Counted from the first letter of the stretch, positions 49,561-61,868 are shown. The stretch is 64,000 bases of DNA from Cellvibrionales bacterium (GCA_041941365.1 JBGTQK010000002.1:158419-222418); one strand, 5' to 3'. A program made the numbers and translations. Notes: a model not told the origin generated them from the sequence alone.

Positions 49561-50526
49561 TTATAGACTTGAACGATAGATGTAACGCTCAGGATTAATA
49601 TGTTTTCCGTTTTTTAACACTTCAAAATGCACATGAGGGCCAGTTGATCGACCTGTACTACCAATTAAGGCAACTGCTTGCCCTTTCTTAACCGCATCAC
49701 CTACCTCAACCAGATTCCTTTTATTATGGCCGTATCGAGTCACGATTCCACCGCCATGGCTGATCTCAACCATATTACCGTATCCATAGCGCTTTTCAGA
49801 GGCTGTCACAACACCTCCTCCTACAGCGATGACTTCACCACCATCTTTACTCGCAAAATCGACACCATTATGCCAGGCATCCTTTTTGGTAAAAGGGTCC
49901 TTTCTCATACCGAACGCCGATGACATCCAACCTTTTTTAACAGGCCTTCCTGTCACCAATCCTTCTGACCTCACCTGCTTGGCCAACATCTGGCGATCAA
50001 GCATAGACATTTGATATTCTCTATCACTCAACAAATAATCAAATTCTTCAAGCAAATTATAAAGATTGACTGAATCACTGGAGAGGATGTTTTTCTCGGC
50101 TGACGACTTGTCATCTTTCTTGGCATCAACTGTATCAACCCCTATTTCAGGACCACCGACAGGTAAACGACTAAAATCAAACTCTCCATTATCCAGCTTG
50201 GCTGCTCGGGCGACTTTTTCACTGAGTGCATCCAGCTTGATCAAACGCGCTTTTAAACTCACTACTTGCTGAGTTAAAGCTTCCACTTCGGCATCGATTT
50301 TAAACTTGGCTTCGCTATATTCTGCTTTATTAGCGTGTAACTGATCGTGGAAAGACTTTTCACTGTTATATTTTCCAACCACACCACCCAAATAGGCAGA
50401 CACGCTCATACAACCAATAAAAGCCAATAGCAATAGACTTGAGATAACTAACGAGCGCTTGCCGAACAACTCAATGACTCGTGAAGTATGGTTTGAATTC
50501 CTTAATAAAATTACTTTCATTGACAA
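49561..50526 (-). CDS. M23-family murein endopeptidase with an N-terminal TM segment and coiled coil
   Basis: 321 aa. HNGVDFAS and GPHVHFEV metal-binding motifs. Confidence 0.85.
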   Translation of the reverse strand: MSMKVILLRNSNHTSRVIELFGKRSLVISSLLLLAFIGCMSVSAYLGGVVGKYNSEKSFHDQLHANKAEYSEAKFKIDAEVEALTQQVVSLKARLIKLDALSEKVARAAKLDNGEFDFSRLPVGGPEIGVDTVDAKKDDKSSAEKNILSSDSVNLYNLLEEFDYLLSDREYQMSMLDRQMLAKQVRSEGLVTGRPVKKGWMSSAFGMRKDPFTKKDAWHNGVDFASKDGGEVIAVGGGVVTASEKRYGYGNMVEISHGGGIVTRYGHNKRNLVEVGDAVKKGQAVALIGSTGRSTGPHVHFEVLKNGKHINPERYIYRSSL

Positions 50527-50720
50527 TTATTTTCTATTAATTCGAGTTTGCCGCTAAAAACAGAAAAGCCTGTTGAAGCTTTTTTGACTATCCTATTAGT
50601 ACAGCAGATGAACGAGCGTTCTGCGAATAGCCAACAACAATTAGCTGAATATATTTTCTCATAGACTCTACATTGTGAACGGCATCACTAAATGAATGGC
50701 ACCTGACAAATACAGTCAAA

Positions 50721-50738
50721 CCGCTTTGGGAAAAGCGG
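50721..50738 (-). terminator. weak candidate terminator after lpxC
   Basis: The minus strand has ccgcttt-tccc-aaagcgg followed by TTTgactgtaTTT, about 50 nt after the lpxC stop. Confidence 0.3.
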
Positions 50739-50787
50739 CATCATATCAATGAGTGGAATGAGGAAGCAAGGGAGTCATTAAAAGTGT

Positions 50788-51696
50788 TTACGCACCGACA
50801 GGAACTGCGTAAGAAATAGGCGCTTCCTGCTCTTTATCAAAAATCACTGTTTCCCATGCATCTGGTTGAGCAATCAGCTCTCTTAACAGACGGTTATTCA
50901 GTGCGTGGCCAGATTTATAAGCATTGAAGTTACCAATAAGACTCCGACCCAATAAATAAAGATCACCAATGGCGTCGAGTACTTTATGGCGAACAAACTC
51001 ATCTTCGTATCGCAAACCATCTTCATTAAGCACCCGATAATCATCAATAACTATCGCATTATCCATACTGCCACCTAACGCAAGACCTTGTGAGCGCAGG
51101 AATTCAAAGTCTTTCATAAAACCAAATGTTCGCGCCCGACTGACTTCACGAACAAAAGAAGTGGAGCCAAAATCGACTTCTGCTGAAGCCGTGCGACCCT
51201 TAAATGCCGGGTGATCAAAATCAATGGTAAAACCCACCTTAAAACCAGCATGCGGTGTAAACGTAGCTCGCTTATCGCCTTCAGTTACAGTAACCTCGCG
51301 CTTTATACGAATAAATTTCTTCGGTGCTTCTTGTTCTTCAATACCAGCTGACTGCAATAAAAATACAAATGGACCCGCACTGCCATCCATAATTGGCACT
51401 TCTGCCGCATTTATATCGACATAAATATTATCGATACCTAAACCCGCAAGGGCCGATAACAAATGCTCTACAGTAGATACACTTGAGCCATCATAAGAAA
51501 GCGTGGTAGAAAGTTGAGTGTCTGAAACGTTTTCAGCTAATGCAGGAATGGATACAACAGGATCGAGGTCAGTACGACGAAATATAATACCAGTATCAAC
51601 GGGCGCAGGACGTAAAGTAATAAATACTTTTTTCCCGGTATGTAAACCAACACCCGTAGCACGGATGCTATTTCGAAGAGTACGTTGTTTGATCAT
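50788..51696 (-). CDS. lpxC: UDP-3-O-acyl-N-acetylglucosamine deacetylase
   Basis: [23 protein letters not shown] as in E. coli LpxC. The start was moved to the ATG at 51696. Confidence 0.96.
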   Translation of the reverse strand: MIKQRTLRNSIRATGVGLHTGKKVFITLRPAPVDTGIIFRRTDLDPVVSIPALAENVSDTQLSTTLSYDGSSVSTVEHLLSALAGLGIDNIYVDINAAEVPIMDGSAGPFVFLLQSAGIEEQEAPKKFIRIKREVTVTEGDKRATFTPHAGFKVGFTIDFDHPAFKGRTASAEVDFGSTSFVREVSRARTFGFMKDFEFLRSQGLALGGSMDNAIVIDDYRVLNEDGLRYEDEFVRHKVLDAIGDLYLLGRSLIGNFNAYKSGHALNNRLLRELIAQPDAWETVIFDKEQEAPISYAVPVGA

Positions 51697-52154
51697 TTGC
51701 AACTCCAATTTGTGTGCTTAGCGCTTTTTGCTTTACGAATCCGGTTCAAGTCCATAAACCTAAATACTTTTCCTTATGTTTTCACAAAGCACTTCTTTGA
51801 TCCCATACTGAGAGTAACAAAGATTGTGATAATCGGGATTATATTTAAGTTATCCCTCGTTATCCTTCCAGATCATCAGCAAGGCTGCTGATGGTACTGC
51901 CAATGCGCAATTAAATAAAAGCGTATGATCAAATATAAGCGATAAATCTCCTCTTCATTTGTGTCATTTGTCAGTCTTATGACTAATTTGCCATTCAGCT
52001 TGGCAGTTTGTCACAAGGAAATACCCAACAATTTTACAATGACACTTTTTTGTATGATTAGCCAACAAATCTGGCAGTGTGCCCAGTAATTTAAACCCTG
52101 GAGACATAGAATAAAACCTGGTTTCAATATAGGTGACATATGTCGCCAATTTTT

Positions 52155-52201
52155 TTTCGAGCGCAGCTTTTAATGAAATTCAATGAAAACTGCACTCGAA
52201 A
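52155..52201 (-). other. long stem-loop immediately downstream of ftsZ
   Basis: Arms ttcgagcgcag and ctgcactcgaa, plus an inner tttt/aaaa extension. The single mismatch is C.A on the plus strand but G.U on the minus (ftsZ-sense) RNA. On the minus strand it is followed by an A-run, not a U-run. Confidence 0.5.
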
Positions 52202-52228
52202 GTAGGGTTCTGGCAGATTACGACTATA

Positions 52229-53410
52229 TCAATTTGCCTGACGTCTTAAAAAAGCTGGAATATCAAGGAAATTCTCGTCTTTCTTATCGGCATCTTTAGC
52301 AACTTGCTCATTACTGACAACTGAGCGCGCAACCTTGGGTCGAGTTTCATCGTGACGCATACTCACTGGCAAGTCATAATCAGCGTAATTAGGCTCGCCA
52401 AATCCCAATGTTGGCGCAGCTTTTGGCACGTCTCGAACAGCTGTTTCTTTTACAGAATCTGACAAGCCGGTTGCAACGATGGTTACTTTTATTTCGTCTG
52501 TAAGGTCAGGATCAATTACCGTACCTACAACAACAGTTGCATTATCTGAAGCAAACTCATCAACTGTATCACCAACCTCTGCAAACTCACCTAACGATAA
52601 GTCCATACCTGCAGTGATGTTTACCAGAATTCCTCTAGCACCCTGAAGATTAACATCTTCCAGTAGCGGACTTTTGATAGCAGCTTCAGCAGCTTCTCTT
52701 GCTCTGGTATCCCCCTGAGCACTGCCTGTTCCCATCATTGCCATACCCATTTCTGACATTACAGTACGGACATCAGCAAAGTCGACATTAATCATTCCAG
52801 GTCGGATAATCAAATCTGCTATACCTTGCACAGCGCCCAACAACACATCGTTTGCAGATTTAAATGCTTCCAATAAGCTAGTATTCTTACCCATTACTGC
52901 CAATAATTTTTCGTTAGGAATTGTAATTAATGAATCGACATGCTGTTGCAATTCCATAATACCCATTTCTGCAAACTGCATACGCTTTTTGCCTTCAAAA
53001 CTGAATGGCCTTGTTACTACAGCCACAGTAAGTATACCCAGATCTTTAGCAACCTCTGCGATCACAGGTGCAGCCCCGGTTCCTGTACCACCACCCATAC
53101 CAGCTGTTATAAAAACCATATCAGCACCATGCAATACTTCTGCAATACGATCCCTGTCTTCTATAGCTGATTGTCGCCCTACATCAGGATTAGCACCAGC
53201 TCCCAACCCTTTTGTAATATTGCCACCTATTTGAAGAACAGTTTTTGCCGCCATATCAGTTAGCGCCTGAGCATCTGTGTTAGCACAGATAAACTCTACA
53301 CCTTCAATATCATTAGCAATCATATGTTTTACTGCGTTTCCGCCGCCGCCACCTACTCCGACGACTTTTATTACTGCATTTTGTGGTAAATTATCAACTA
53401 ACTCAAACAT
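52229..53410 (-). CDS. ftsZ: cell division GTPase FtsZ
   Basis: 393 aa. GGGTGTG tubulin signature and a C-terminal [11 protein letters not shown] peptide. Confidence 0.98.
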   Translation of the reverse strand: MFELVDNLPQNAVIKVVGVGGGGGNAVKHMIANDIEGVEFICANTDAQALTDMAAKTVLQIGGNITKGLGAGANPDVGRQSAIEDRDRIAEVLHGADMVFITAGMGGGTGTGAAPVIAEVAKDLGILTVAVVTRPFSFEGKKRMQFAEMGIMELQQHVDSLITIPNEKLLAVMGKNTSLLEAFKSANDVLLGAVQGIADLIIRPGMINVDFADVRTVMSEMGMAMMGTGSAQGDTRAREAAEAAIKSPLLEDVNLQGARGILVNITAGMDLSLGEFAEVGDTVDEFASDNATVVVGTVIDPDLTDEIKVTIVATGLSDSVKETAVRDVPKAAPTLGFGEPNYADYDLPVSMRHDETRPKVARSVVSNEQVAKDADKKDENFLDIPAFLRRQAN

Positions 53411-53436
53411 AACCAGACCCTCGTTTTGATGAAAAA

Positions 53437-54666
53437 TTAAAAATTACTTGAAAACCAAGATTTCATTTTTGAAATAATTCCTTCAGCAGTTATTCCCTTT
53501 ACAGGAATACCGCTTGTTTCATTTTGAAAACCATAGAGCAACAAACCAACAGCTGTTGCATATACCGGATTTTTCTCAATATTATGAATACCAATAATGC
53601 CTTGAGGCGTACCTAACCTAACCGGCACATTAAATATTTCTTCTGCGAGCTCAACAGCACCTTTCATTTTTGATGTACCACCAGTCAACACGACACCAGC
53701 TGCAATTAAATCCTCATATCCACTGCGTCTTAGCTCAGCCTGAACCAAAGTAAATAGCTCGTCATATCTAGGCTCCACAACCTCAGCTAATGTTTGCCTT
53801 GAAATTTCTCTTGCAGGTCTATCACCCACACTCGGAACCTTAATCATTTCATCTGCTGTAGCTAATTGAGCAAGCGCACAAGCATGCTTAATTTTTATCT
53901 CTTCTGCGTATTGAGTAGGTGTTCTTAGTGCCATTGCTATATCGTTAGTAACCTGGTCTCCGGCAATTGGAATGTTTGATGTATGCCTGATTGCTCCATC
54001 GGTAAACACGGCTATATCTGTCGTTCCACCACCGATATCTACCAGACATACCCCCAACTCCCTCTCATCATCTGTTAGCACAGAATAGCTCGACGCTAAT
54101 TGCTCAAGAATTATTTCTTCTACATCCAACTCACATCGATTTATGCACTTTTCGATATTCTGTGAAGCGTTCATGGCACACGTTACCAGATGAACTTTTG
54201 CTTCGAGACGAACACCGGACATTCCCAACGGTTCTTTTACTCCCTCTTGGTTATCAACAACGTATTCCTGAGGTAAAACATGCAGAATTTTTTGATCGGC
54301 AGGAATTGCAACCGCTCGCGCTGCATCTAACACTCTATCTATATCGTTTTGTACAACTTCGTTTTCTCTTATCGCAACAATTCCGTGCGAATTCAGGCTT
54401 CTTATGTGATTGCCAGCAATGCCTGTATAAACAGAATGAATATTACAGCCAGCCATCAACTCTGCCTCTTCAATAGCACGCTGTATCGAATGCACAGTTG
54501 ATTCGATGTTAACAACAACCCCCTTTTTCAATCCCTGGGAAGAACTGGCGCCCACTCCTATAATTTCGATTTCTCCATCGTCACGTTGTTCACCAACGAT
54601 AGCAATGACCTTGGATGTCCCAATATCCAATCCAACAATCATTTTTCCTGAAATAATTTCAGACAT
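53437..54666 (-). CDS. ftsA: cell division protein FtsA
   Basis: 409 aa. Actin-fold motifs GLDIGTSKV and DIGGGTTD. Confidence 0.97.
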   Translation of the reverse strand: MSEIISGKMIVGLDIGTSKVIAIVGEQRDDGEIEIIGVGASSSQGLKKGVVVNIESTVHSIQRAIEEAELMAGCNIHSVYTGIAGNHIRSLNSHGIVAIRENEVVQNDIDRVLDAARAVAIPADQKILHVLPQEYVVDNQEGVKEPLGMSGVRLEAKVHLVTCAMNASQNIEKCINRCELDVEEIILEQLASSYSVLTDDERELGVCLVDIGGGTTDIAVFTDGAIRHTSNIPIAGDQVTNDIAMALRTPTQYAEEIKIKHACALAQLATADEMIKVPSVGDRPAREISRQTLAEVVEPRYDELFTLVQAELRRSGYEDLIAAGVVLTGGTSKMKGAVELAEEIFNVPVRLGTPQGIIGIHNIEKNPVYATAVGLLLYGFQNETSGIPVKGITAEGIISKMKSWFSSNF

Positions 54667-54677
54667 AGTTTTTGCCT

Positions 54678-55598
54678 TTATCTATTTTCAGCATTAAATT
54701 CAAATGGTGATACATTCTCGGTAACACCCTGGTGATGCACAGCATCAATGGCTATTTTTTTGGTGGAATCCTCAAGAAGACCCTGATCACGCCAGGAAAT
54801 AGCAAAACCACTGTTATAACGAAGATCAGCTACTGCCATTTGCTGCCAATCCTCTATCAAGCCATTATCTATTTGCTCAATTAGCAGCACTAAACGATCT
54901 TCAATATTTTCAGTGCCCAACTCAATACGAACCTTGTTTTGCAAAGTCAGCCAGATATCCTGGCCTGTCGTTGTTCCTATTTCTGTAATTTTCAATTGAT
55001 GCGACTTAAGAAGCTTTTGTAGTCGGTTAAATATTTCAACCCACTCAAGTAGTTTTTTAGTTTCACTTACTTTTAACAACTTGTTGCGAAACATCGGCAA
55101 ACTTGAAAAAGCTTCAGTTTCTAACAGATCAATTATTTCTCCTGATTCTGTAAGCAATTGGTATTCATTTAGCCTCGCTACCGGCACATTTTCGTCTATC
55201 GTTACCACTAGACTGTTTGGCCATTGCCGTCTTACAGAAGCACTACTTACCCATTGATGCGCTTCTACTTTATTTCTTATCTCACCAAGTTCTAACGACC
55301 AATATCTTTCACTTTGATAATCAACTAATAGCTGCTCTAGATCTTTTTTATTTAATCCACCAGCTAATAGACTGATATTTTCACCCACCACTGGTTGAAT
55401 GCCATAAATTTCAATTGCTTCAAGTTTTTGCGAGCCAATATACTTAACACCGAGAAAAATCCCGTATCCTGCAATTAATAAAAAGAACAATGGTGTAATA
55501 TTTCTAACAAAGAAACGAACTGGTTTTAAAATACCATTTTCATCCAGTTGAAAACGGGAGCTCCTGTTACTTGCACCTTTTCTTGTTCTTATAATCAT
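54678..55598 (-). CDS. ftsQ: cell division protein FtsQ
   Basis: 306 aa. Single TM segment, then a POTRA-like region ([15 protein letters not shown]). Its ATG overlaps the murC stop (ATGA). Confidence 0.85.
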   Translation of the reverse strand: MIIRTRKGASNRSSRFQLDENGILKPVRFFVRNITPLFFLLIAGYGIFLGVKYIGSQKLEAIEIYGIQPVVGENISLLAGGLNKKDLEQLLVDYQSERYWSLELGEIRNKVEAHQWVSSASVRRQWPNSLVVTIDENVPVARLNEYQLLTESGEIIDLLETEAFSSLPMFRNKLLKVSETKKLLEWVEIFNRLQKLLKSHQLKITEIGTTTGQDIWLTLQNKVRIELGTENIEDRLVLLIEQIDNGLIEDWQQMAVADLRYNSGFAISWRDQGLLEDSTKKIAIDAVHHQGVTENVSPFEFNAENR

Positions 55599-57019
55599 TT
55601 TGATGCCGCCATAGTTTTTACAAAATCAGATGCCAATCGTCCAATATCGCCAGCCCCCTGGAAAATGACTATATCTTCTTCCTTTATCAAATCAGTCAAG
55701 ACCTTATGCAGCTCGACCTTATCTTCAATAAAGACCGGATCTACTTTTTCATTTCGACGAATACTCCTTGCCAGACTCCTTCCATCTGCACCTTGTATTC
55801 TTTCTTCTCCGGCAGAGTAAACCTCTAACAAGACAAGTGTATCAACTTCACTTAAAACTCTTACAAACTCATCGTATAAGTCATTTGTTCTGGAAAACCG
55901 ATGCGGCTGAAACACCATAAGAAGACGCCGTGAGGGCCAGGCTTCCCTTGCAGCAGCAACTGTAGCGGCAATTTCAGTTGGATGGTGTCCATAGTCATCG
56001 AGCAAGCCAAAAGCTTTATTCTGGATCAAGAGATTATCTGAAAATTGAAAACGCCTTCCTACACCAGTAAAACGTTCTAACGATTTTAGAATAACTCCTA
56101 TTTCTACACCTTCTTCTCTTGCAACGGCAAATGCTGCGGTTGCATTCAAAGCATTATGCTTACCAGGCATATTGAGTGTTACATACACTGGGTTTTCCTG
56201 CCCTGAAAACTGAATATGAAACTCACTTCTCAAACCAGTAGTAGAGTAATTTAAAACCCTGTAGTCACACTTTTCTGAAAACCCATAAGTTTTTACAGGA
56301 CGATGAAAATCATCTAACAATGAAAGTATGTTTTCATCATCACCACAGACTACTAGCAACCCATAGAATGGAAGGTTATGTGCAAACTTTACAAATGTAG
56401 CCTTTAATTTATCGAACTCTCCTTCATATGTACTCATATGATCTGCTTCGATATTTGTAATAACGGAAATCATTGGCTGCAAATGCAAAAAGGAAGCATC
56501 GCTTTCATCAGCCTCGGCAATCAAATAATCACCCGATCCCAGCTGTGCATTAGCATTTGCACTATTAAGCAAACCACCAATAACAAAAGTTGGTGCTACA
56601 CCTGCCTCACCAAAAATTGATGCCAACAAACTTGTTGTGGTTGTTTTTCCATGTGTTCCAGCTACAGCTATACCAAATCGATAACGCATCAGCTCTGACA
56701 ACATTTCTGCTCTAGGCACTATCGGTATACCTTTTTGTTTAGCCGCAATAACTTCTTGATTCGTATTATTGATTGCAGAAGAAATAACAACCACATCAAC
56801 GTTTTCAATATTTTTTTCATCATGAGAACAAAAAATACTTGCACCCAACGAGCTTAACCTCTCAGTGACATGGCTAGAAGCCAAATCAGACCCACTTACT
56901 TGATAGTTCTGATTTATAAGCACTTCAGCTATGCCACACATTCCGGCACCACCAATACCTACAAAATGGATCTTCTGAATCCTTCTCATAGATTGATTTA
57001 ATGGCTTGTTAACCGGCAT
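55595..57019 (-). CDS. murC: UDP-N-acetylmuramate--L-alanine ligase
   Basis: [18 protein letters not shown] and GTHGKTTTT. The ATG at 57019 has GGAG 7 nt upstream. The track ORF extends to 57046. Confidence 0.93.
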   Translation of the reverse strand: MPVNKPLNQSMRRIQKIHFVGIGGAGMCGIAEVLINQNYQVSGSDLASSHVTERLSSLGASIFCSHDEKNIENVDVVVISSAINNTNQEVIAAKQKGIPIVPRAEMLSELMRYRFGIAVAGTHGKTTTTSLLASIFGEAGVAPTFVIGGLLNSANANAQLGSGDYLIAEADESDASFLHLQPMISVITNIEADHMSTYEGEFDKLKATFVKFAHNLPFYGLLVVCGDDENILSLLDDFHRPVKTYGFSEKCDYRVLNYSTTGLRSEFHIQFSGQENPVYVTLNMPGKHNALNATAAFAVAREEGVEIGVILKSLERFTGVGRRFQFSDNLLIQNKAFGLLDDYGHHPTEIAATVAAAREAWPSRRLLMVFQPHRFSRTNDLYDEFVRVLSEVDTLVLLEVYSAGEERIQGADGRSLARSIRRNEKVDPVFIEDKVELHKVLTDLIKEEDIVIFQGAGDIGRLASDFVKTMAASK

Positions 57020-58109
57020 AGACATACTCCGCGCAACAGTCCGCAATAATCTTTGTCGCTTCTACTTTCGCCCATGATCGAGACTGCGCGCTTTTTTCGC
57101 TTAACTTTTCCCGATCCGATAACAGCTCAACAAGCTTATCTGTTAGTACTTCTATATTTAGTTGAGATTCCTCTATACATTCAGCAGCCCCAACAGCAAC
57201 CAAATGCTGAGCGTTGTGGTATTGGTGATTGTCAATAGCGTAAGGATAAGGAATAAATACTGCTGGCAATCCAACAGCTGAAATCTCACTAACAGTTAAT
57301 GCGCCTGCTCGAGCTATTATTAAATCTGCTTTTGCATAAATACTCGCTATGTCATCGATAAAATCTATCACCTCACAATGAAATTGATCATTTGTTATCT
57401 CGGCATAAACCTTTTTGACACTATTAACATCTCTCTCGCCCGTCTGATGCAAGACAAACAACCCTGAAGAATAAACATCTTTATTGATTAATTTGATAGC
57501 TGCTGGAACAACATCATTCAATGCTTTCGCTCCGAGACTTCCTCCAACCACTAACAAATTAAATGTATGCTTATCTCCTTTTGCCTCTTTCTTTATTTCC
57601 ATAAATTCAGGTCTTAAAGGGTTGCCCGATTCAACAACATTGCTTTTTCCAGCAAAAACACCAGGAAAAGCGACAAATATTTTTTTAGCAAATCTTGCCA
57701 ATACCTTGTTTGCTGTTCCTGCTATTGCATTTTGCTCTTGCAAAATGAGAGGCTTTCTACTAATTACAGCAGCTATACCCGCTGCTACTGAAACAAAGCC
57801 CCCCATTCCTAACACACACACAATATTTTTTCTTTTAATTAAACGAACTGTCGTTGCAGTTGCAGAAAAGAGCAAAAATACTGATCGTATCTTCTGAAGT
57901 AAACTTGCGCCTCTTACGCCTTTTACTTTAATCACGTTAAATGGAATTTTATTTTCAGGTACCACTTTTGACTCTAAGCCTTTATGAGTACCAATCCATT
58001 CAACATCAATACTATTTTTCCTTAATTCATTTGCAACAGCCAAGCCTGGAAAAACGTGCCCACCTGTTCCACCCGCAGCTATTAACACTTTATTTGTCAG
58101 ATCAGGCAT
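57009..58109 (-). CDS. murG: undecaprenyldiphospho-muramoylpentapeptide beta-N-acetylglucosaminyltransferase
   Basis: 366 aa. [16 protein letters not shown]. Confidence 0.95.
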   Translation of the reverse strand: MPDLTNKVLIAAGGTGGHVFPGLAVANELRKNSIDVEWIGTHKGLESKVVPENKIPFNVIKVKGVRGASLLQKIRSVFLLFSATATTVRLIKRKNIVCVLGMGGFVSVAAGIAAVISRKPLILQEQNAIAGTANKVLARFAKKIFVAFPGVFAGKSNVVESGNPLRPEFMEIKKEAKGDKHTFNLLVVGGSLGAKALNDVVPAAIKLINKDVYSSGLFVLHQTGERDVNSVKKVYAEITNDQFHCEVIDFIDDIASIYAKADLIIARAGALTVSEISAVGLPAVFIPYPYAIDNHQYHNAQHLVAVGAAECIEESQLNIEVLTDKLVELLSDREKLSEKSAQSRSWAKVEATKIIADCCAEYVYAG

Positions 58110-59346
58110 ACACTTTACCTCTTGAACGAGGTAGCTTTTCTTTCCTTTTAACTTCTTTCTTAATCGTATTACCTTTACGTGTTTGTTTTCTCTTTAATAA
58201 AGCTTTACTTTCCACATCCACTCTAAAAATAATTGCTATAAACATACTTGTTACCAGTAAACTACTGCCACCATAGCTAATCAAAGGTAACGTTAAACCT
58301 TTTGTGGGCAACAAACCTATATTGACACCAACATTAATAAACATTTGTAGCGCTAAAATAATCGTTGCACCGTAAATTACATATGCTCCAAAAAGCATCC
58401 CTGCGGTTTCTGCATTTCGAGCTATTTGAATAAATTTATAAATCATAAAAGTGTAAACTGACAATACGGCTATACAGCCTACGAAACCTAACTCCTCAGC
58501 CAATATGGCAAAGACAAAATCTGTATGCGCTTCTGGCAGAAAAAATAACTTTTGGACACTATTACCTAATCCAAGACCGAACCATTCTCCTCTACCCAAA
58601 GCGATAAGGGATTGCACCAGTTGGTAGCTTTTACCACTCTCATGCTCCCATGGATTTAAATATGCAATCAATCTATCCATACGATACTCAACATCAACCA
58701 CCATAAAATAGATTGCAACAAAACTCATGACGATCAATAAAACAAATTGAGTTAACCTCACTCCCCCTAAAAAAAGCATACCTAACGCGGCACTTAACAA
58801 AACGACAACTGAACCAAAATCCGGCTGCAAAATTAAAAGCACAATCATTAAAATAACAACACACATTGGATTGATAAAACCCGCTATATGACTTCTAACT
58901 TTTTCTTGCTGTCTCACAAGATAGCCAGCTAAATACATTACCAGGCCAAATTTGGCAAACTCAGAAGTTTGTATTGTTAACGACCCTAATGCTACCCAGC
59001 GTGATGCTCCTTTTACTTCCTTACCAATACCTGGAATGAGCACCATCATTAAACTCAGAAAACCGGCTATCAATAAAAAGACAGAAAATTTTTCCCAAAA
59101 AGAAATTGGAAACTGGAATACTACTATTGCAGCAGTTAATGCAATGCAGATATAAAAAATGTGCCTGTAAAAATAAAACAATGGCTGACCATAAAAATGA
59201 CCGGCATAATCGAGCGATGCCGAAGTAATCATCACTAAACCTAATGCTGCAATAGATGCAACTGCAAGCAAAAGAAAATAATCCAATCCTTCATTAATAT
59301 TCTGGTTTGCGAACTGAGTTGATTTAGCCTGGGTTCTCATCCGCAA
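58102..59346 (-). CDS. ftsW: peptidoglycan glycosyltransferase FtsW (SEDS family)
   Basis: 414 aa. Polytopic, with LPEAHTDFVFA and LPLISYGGSS motifs. Confidence 0.93.
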   Translation of the reverse strand: MRMRTQAKSTQFANQNINEGLDYFLLLAVASIAALGLVMITSASLDYAGHFYGQPLFYFYRHIFYICIALTAAIVVFQFPISFWEKFSVFLLIAGFLSLMMVLIPGIGKEVKGASRWVALGSLTIQTSEFAKFGLVMYLAGYLVRQQEKVRSHIAGFINPMCVVILMIVLLILQPDFGSVVVLLSAALGMLFLGGVRLTQFVLLIVMSFVAIYFMVVDVEYRMDRLIAYLNPWEHESGKSYQLVQSLIALGRGEWFGLGLGNSVQKLFFLPEAHTDFVFAILAEELGFVGCIAVLSVYTFMIYKFIQIARNAETAGMLFGAYVIYGATIILALQMFINVGVNIGLLPTKGLTLPLISYGGSSLLVTSMFIAIIFRVDVESKALLKRKQTRKGNTIKKEVKRKEKLPRSRGKVYA

Positions 59347-60701
59347 TCCTTCTCTGGCAATTTATTTACGGTTTGTGAAAAGAAATCCCCTCGCTTTTCA
59401 TAATTAGCAAACATATCCAGACTTGAGCAAGCTGGAGAAAGCAGTACTATATCGCCCTTAAAAGCGTTGATATAGGCCATATGGATCGCTAGCGACAGAT
59501 CATCAACCCGTTCAAAATCAACTGAATGCTCACTTAAAGCATTCGTTATTTGTGTTGCATCCTGACCATAAACAAAACATTTAACTTTCTTGCCTTTTAA
59601 CTCTTCGGCTAATGGCTTGAAGTTAGCTCCTTTTGAAACCCCTCCAAGTATTAGAAATAATGTACCACCAAACTCATCACAATACCCTTTAACCGCCGCT
59701 ACAGTTGCCCCCACATTAGTCGCTTTGGAGTCATTAAAAAATTGAACACCCTGCAACTCTTTCACAAACTGACAACGATGAGACAGCCCTTCAAATTTTC
59801 TAACAGCATCAATAGATTTAGCTCTATTGAAACCTGCCACTTCAGCTAACGCCAGAGCCGCCATAATATTGATAGCATTATGCTTTCCAAAAACTTTTAT
59901 CTCGGAAGTATCCAGTATTTTATCTTCGCCTTTAGCTATATATTCTTTGTCATTTTCCTTTATTAAACCCCATTCATCGTTACCCTGATTATTCAATCCA
60001 AAACCTATTTGTTTTAAACCAACTCTACTCAATGGTGCCGTTAATAAATCATCACGATTGTAAATCGCATACTCAGCACCGCGATATATTTTCTGTTTAA
60101 CCTGATGGTAAACCACCATTGATCCATGTCTGTCTATATGATCTTCTGAAAGATTCAAAATGCATCCTGCCAACAAATTAAAGTCTGAGGCCCTCTCAAG
60201 CTGAAAACTCGAAAGTTCCAAAACATATAACTCTTTTTCTTCCATTAATAAATCCAGCATCGGAATACCAAGATTCCCACCTACCCCTGCATCAATATCG
60301 TTAGTAGCAGCCATATTGCCTAATAAAGTAGTTACTGTACTTTTTGCATTGGATCCTGTTATTGCTATGACTGGCGCCTTCACCTCATTAAAAAATAAAT
60401 CCACATCGCCACTTATAACTGCTCCATTCTGTTTAGCCTGAATCAGAACAGGATCTTCTATCGATATACCCGGGCTTAAATATATATCACTTGCCTCATC
60501 TATAAAGTTTCTTGCCTCTGAACCAAAAACAAATTTCACATCAAAAAACTCTTTTTTAATTGCTTCTATATTGTCAACCGTATCTCTCGTATCAACAGCA
60601 CTAAAGCTGAATCCTTTAAACTTTAAAAAGCGCATAGTAGAAAGGCCAGTTACACCCAGTCCGACTACCACTCGCTTTTTATCTGTTTGAATAAGATTCA
60701 T
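59337..60701 (-). CDS. murD: UDP-N-acetylmuramoylalanine--D-glutamate ligase
   Basis: 454 aa. ITGSNAKSTV P-loop. Position between mraY and ftsW. Confidence 0.93.
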   Translation of the reverse strand: MNLIQTDKKRVVVGLGVTGLSTMRFLKFKGFSFSAVDTRDTVDNIEAIKKEFFDVKFVFGSEARNFIDEASDIYLSPGISIEDPVLIQAKQNGAVISGDVDLFFNEVKAPVIAITGSNAKSTVTTLLGNMAATNDIDAGVGGNLGIPMLDLLMEEKELYVLELSSFQLERASDFNLLAGCILNLSEDHIDRHGSMVVYHQVKQKIYRGAEYAIYNRDDLLTAPLSRVGLKQIGFGLNNQGNDEWGLIKENDKEYIAKGEDKILDTSEIKVFGKHNAINIMAALALAEVAGFNRAKSIDAVRKFEGLSHRCQFVKELQGVQFFNDSKATNVGATVAAVKGYCDEFGGTLFLILGGVSKGANFKPLAEELKGKKVKCFVYGQDATQITNALSEHSVDFERVDDLSLAIHMAYINAFKGDIVLLSPACSSLDMFANYEKRGDFFSQTVNKLPEKDCG

Positions 60702-60728
60702 ATAATTCTATTTACTTTATCTAACACA

Positions 60729-61811
60729 CTATCTAATTTTCAAAGTGGATAAGCCTATCAATACAAGTATCACTGTTATAATCCAGAAACGAACAATCAC
60801 TCTAGGCTCTGGCCAGCCCTTTAATTCATAATGATGATGCAAAGGCGCCATTCGAAAGACTCTTTTTCCTGTCAACTTGAATGATGCCACCTGAATAATC
60901 ACCGATAATGTCTCCATAACAAATATTCCTGACATGATAAAAAAAACGATTTCATGTCGAGTGATCACTGCCATCAAACCTAGCGCTGCTCCCAGTGAAA
61001 GCGCGCCTACATCGCCCATAAATATTTGAGCCGGATAAGTGTTAAACCATAGAAAACCCAAACCTGCACCAAATAAAGCGCCACAAAATATGACAAGCTC
61101 ACCAGAACCCGAGATATAAGGTATATGCAAGTAGCTGGAAAATTCTGTATGGCCTGCAAGATAAGCTATAACCCCCAAAGCAGAACCCACCATTACCGTC
61201 GGCATAATTGCAAGACCATCTAGTCCATCCGTTAGATTAACCGCATTACTCGCTCCCACAACAACAAAGTAACCCAATATGATATAGAACCACCCCAGAT
61301 CTAAAGAAAAATCTTTAAAAAATGGCACTATCAATTGATGCTCTGCAGGTGTAGATGATGTCGAGTAAAGAAAAATAATTACTGCTAACGCTGAAACTGA
61401 TTGCCAAAAATATTTCCATCGCGCCTCCAACCCTTTCGAATTTTTTTCAATGATTTTTTTATAATCATCGATCCAGCCAATCAAACCAAATAAAACAGTT
61501 GTAGCCAATACCGCTTGAACATAACGATTTGCAATATCTGCCCACAATAAAGTACTTAAACAAATGCTGAAAATGATTAAAGCGCCACCCATTGTAGGTG
61601 TACCCGCTTTATCTAAATGTGATTCCGGACCATCATCTCGCACTGACTGCCCTAATTGGCGACGAAGTAACGATCGTATTATGGTTGGCCCCATCAGCAA
61701 TGAAATACCCATAGCTGTCAATACTCCAAGGATTGCTCTCACTGTCAAATATTGGAACATTGAGAAAGCGCCATAAAATTGTTGTAAATACTCAGCCAGC
61801 CAAATCAGCAT
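60729..61811 (-). CDS. mraY: phospho-N-acetylmuramoyl-pentapeptide transferase
   Basis: 360 aa. MLIWLAEYL..., [13 protein letters not shown], and [11 protein letters not shown]. Confidence 0.97.
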   Translation of the reverse strand: MLIWLAEYLQQFYGAFSMFQYLTVRAILGVLTAMGISLLMGPTIIRSLLRRQLGQSVRDDGPESHLDKAGTPTMGGALIIFSICLSTLLWADIANRYVQAVLATTVLFGLIGWIDDYKKIIEKNSKGLEARWKYFWQSVSALAVIIFLYSTSSTPAEHQLIVPFFKDFSLDLGWFYIILGYFVVVGASNAVNLTDGLDGLAIMPTVMVGSALGVIAYLAGHTEFSSYLHIPYISGSGELVIFCGALFGAGLGFLWFNTYPAQIFMGDVGALSLGAALGLMAVITRHEIVFFIMSGIFVMETLSVIIQVASFKLTGKRVFRMAPLHHHYELKGWPEPRVIVRFWIITVILVLIGLSTLKIR

Positions 61812-61868
61812 GCTTGTTTCTCTATAATTGATACAACTCTACAAACCACAACTTTTGCTAGAAAAAAC

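Noticed and set aside
51743-51753. GGTTCAAGTCC, a tRNA T-loop-like string in the lpxC-ftsZ spacer
   Set aside because: The flanking bases cannot form the 5-bp T-stem (tccgg versus ccata do not pair). No acceptor, D or anticodon arms are visible around it. It is a chance match.
51964-52149. 61-aa minus-strand ORF in the ftsZ-lpxC spacer (and the plus-strand 68-aa ORF at 51685..51891)
   Set aside because: The minus-strand ORF has a TTG start preceded by an A-run with no Shine-Dalgarno sequence, and a Cys/His/Thr-rich, implausible translation. The plus-strand ORF overlaps the lpxC start in antisense.
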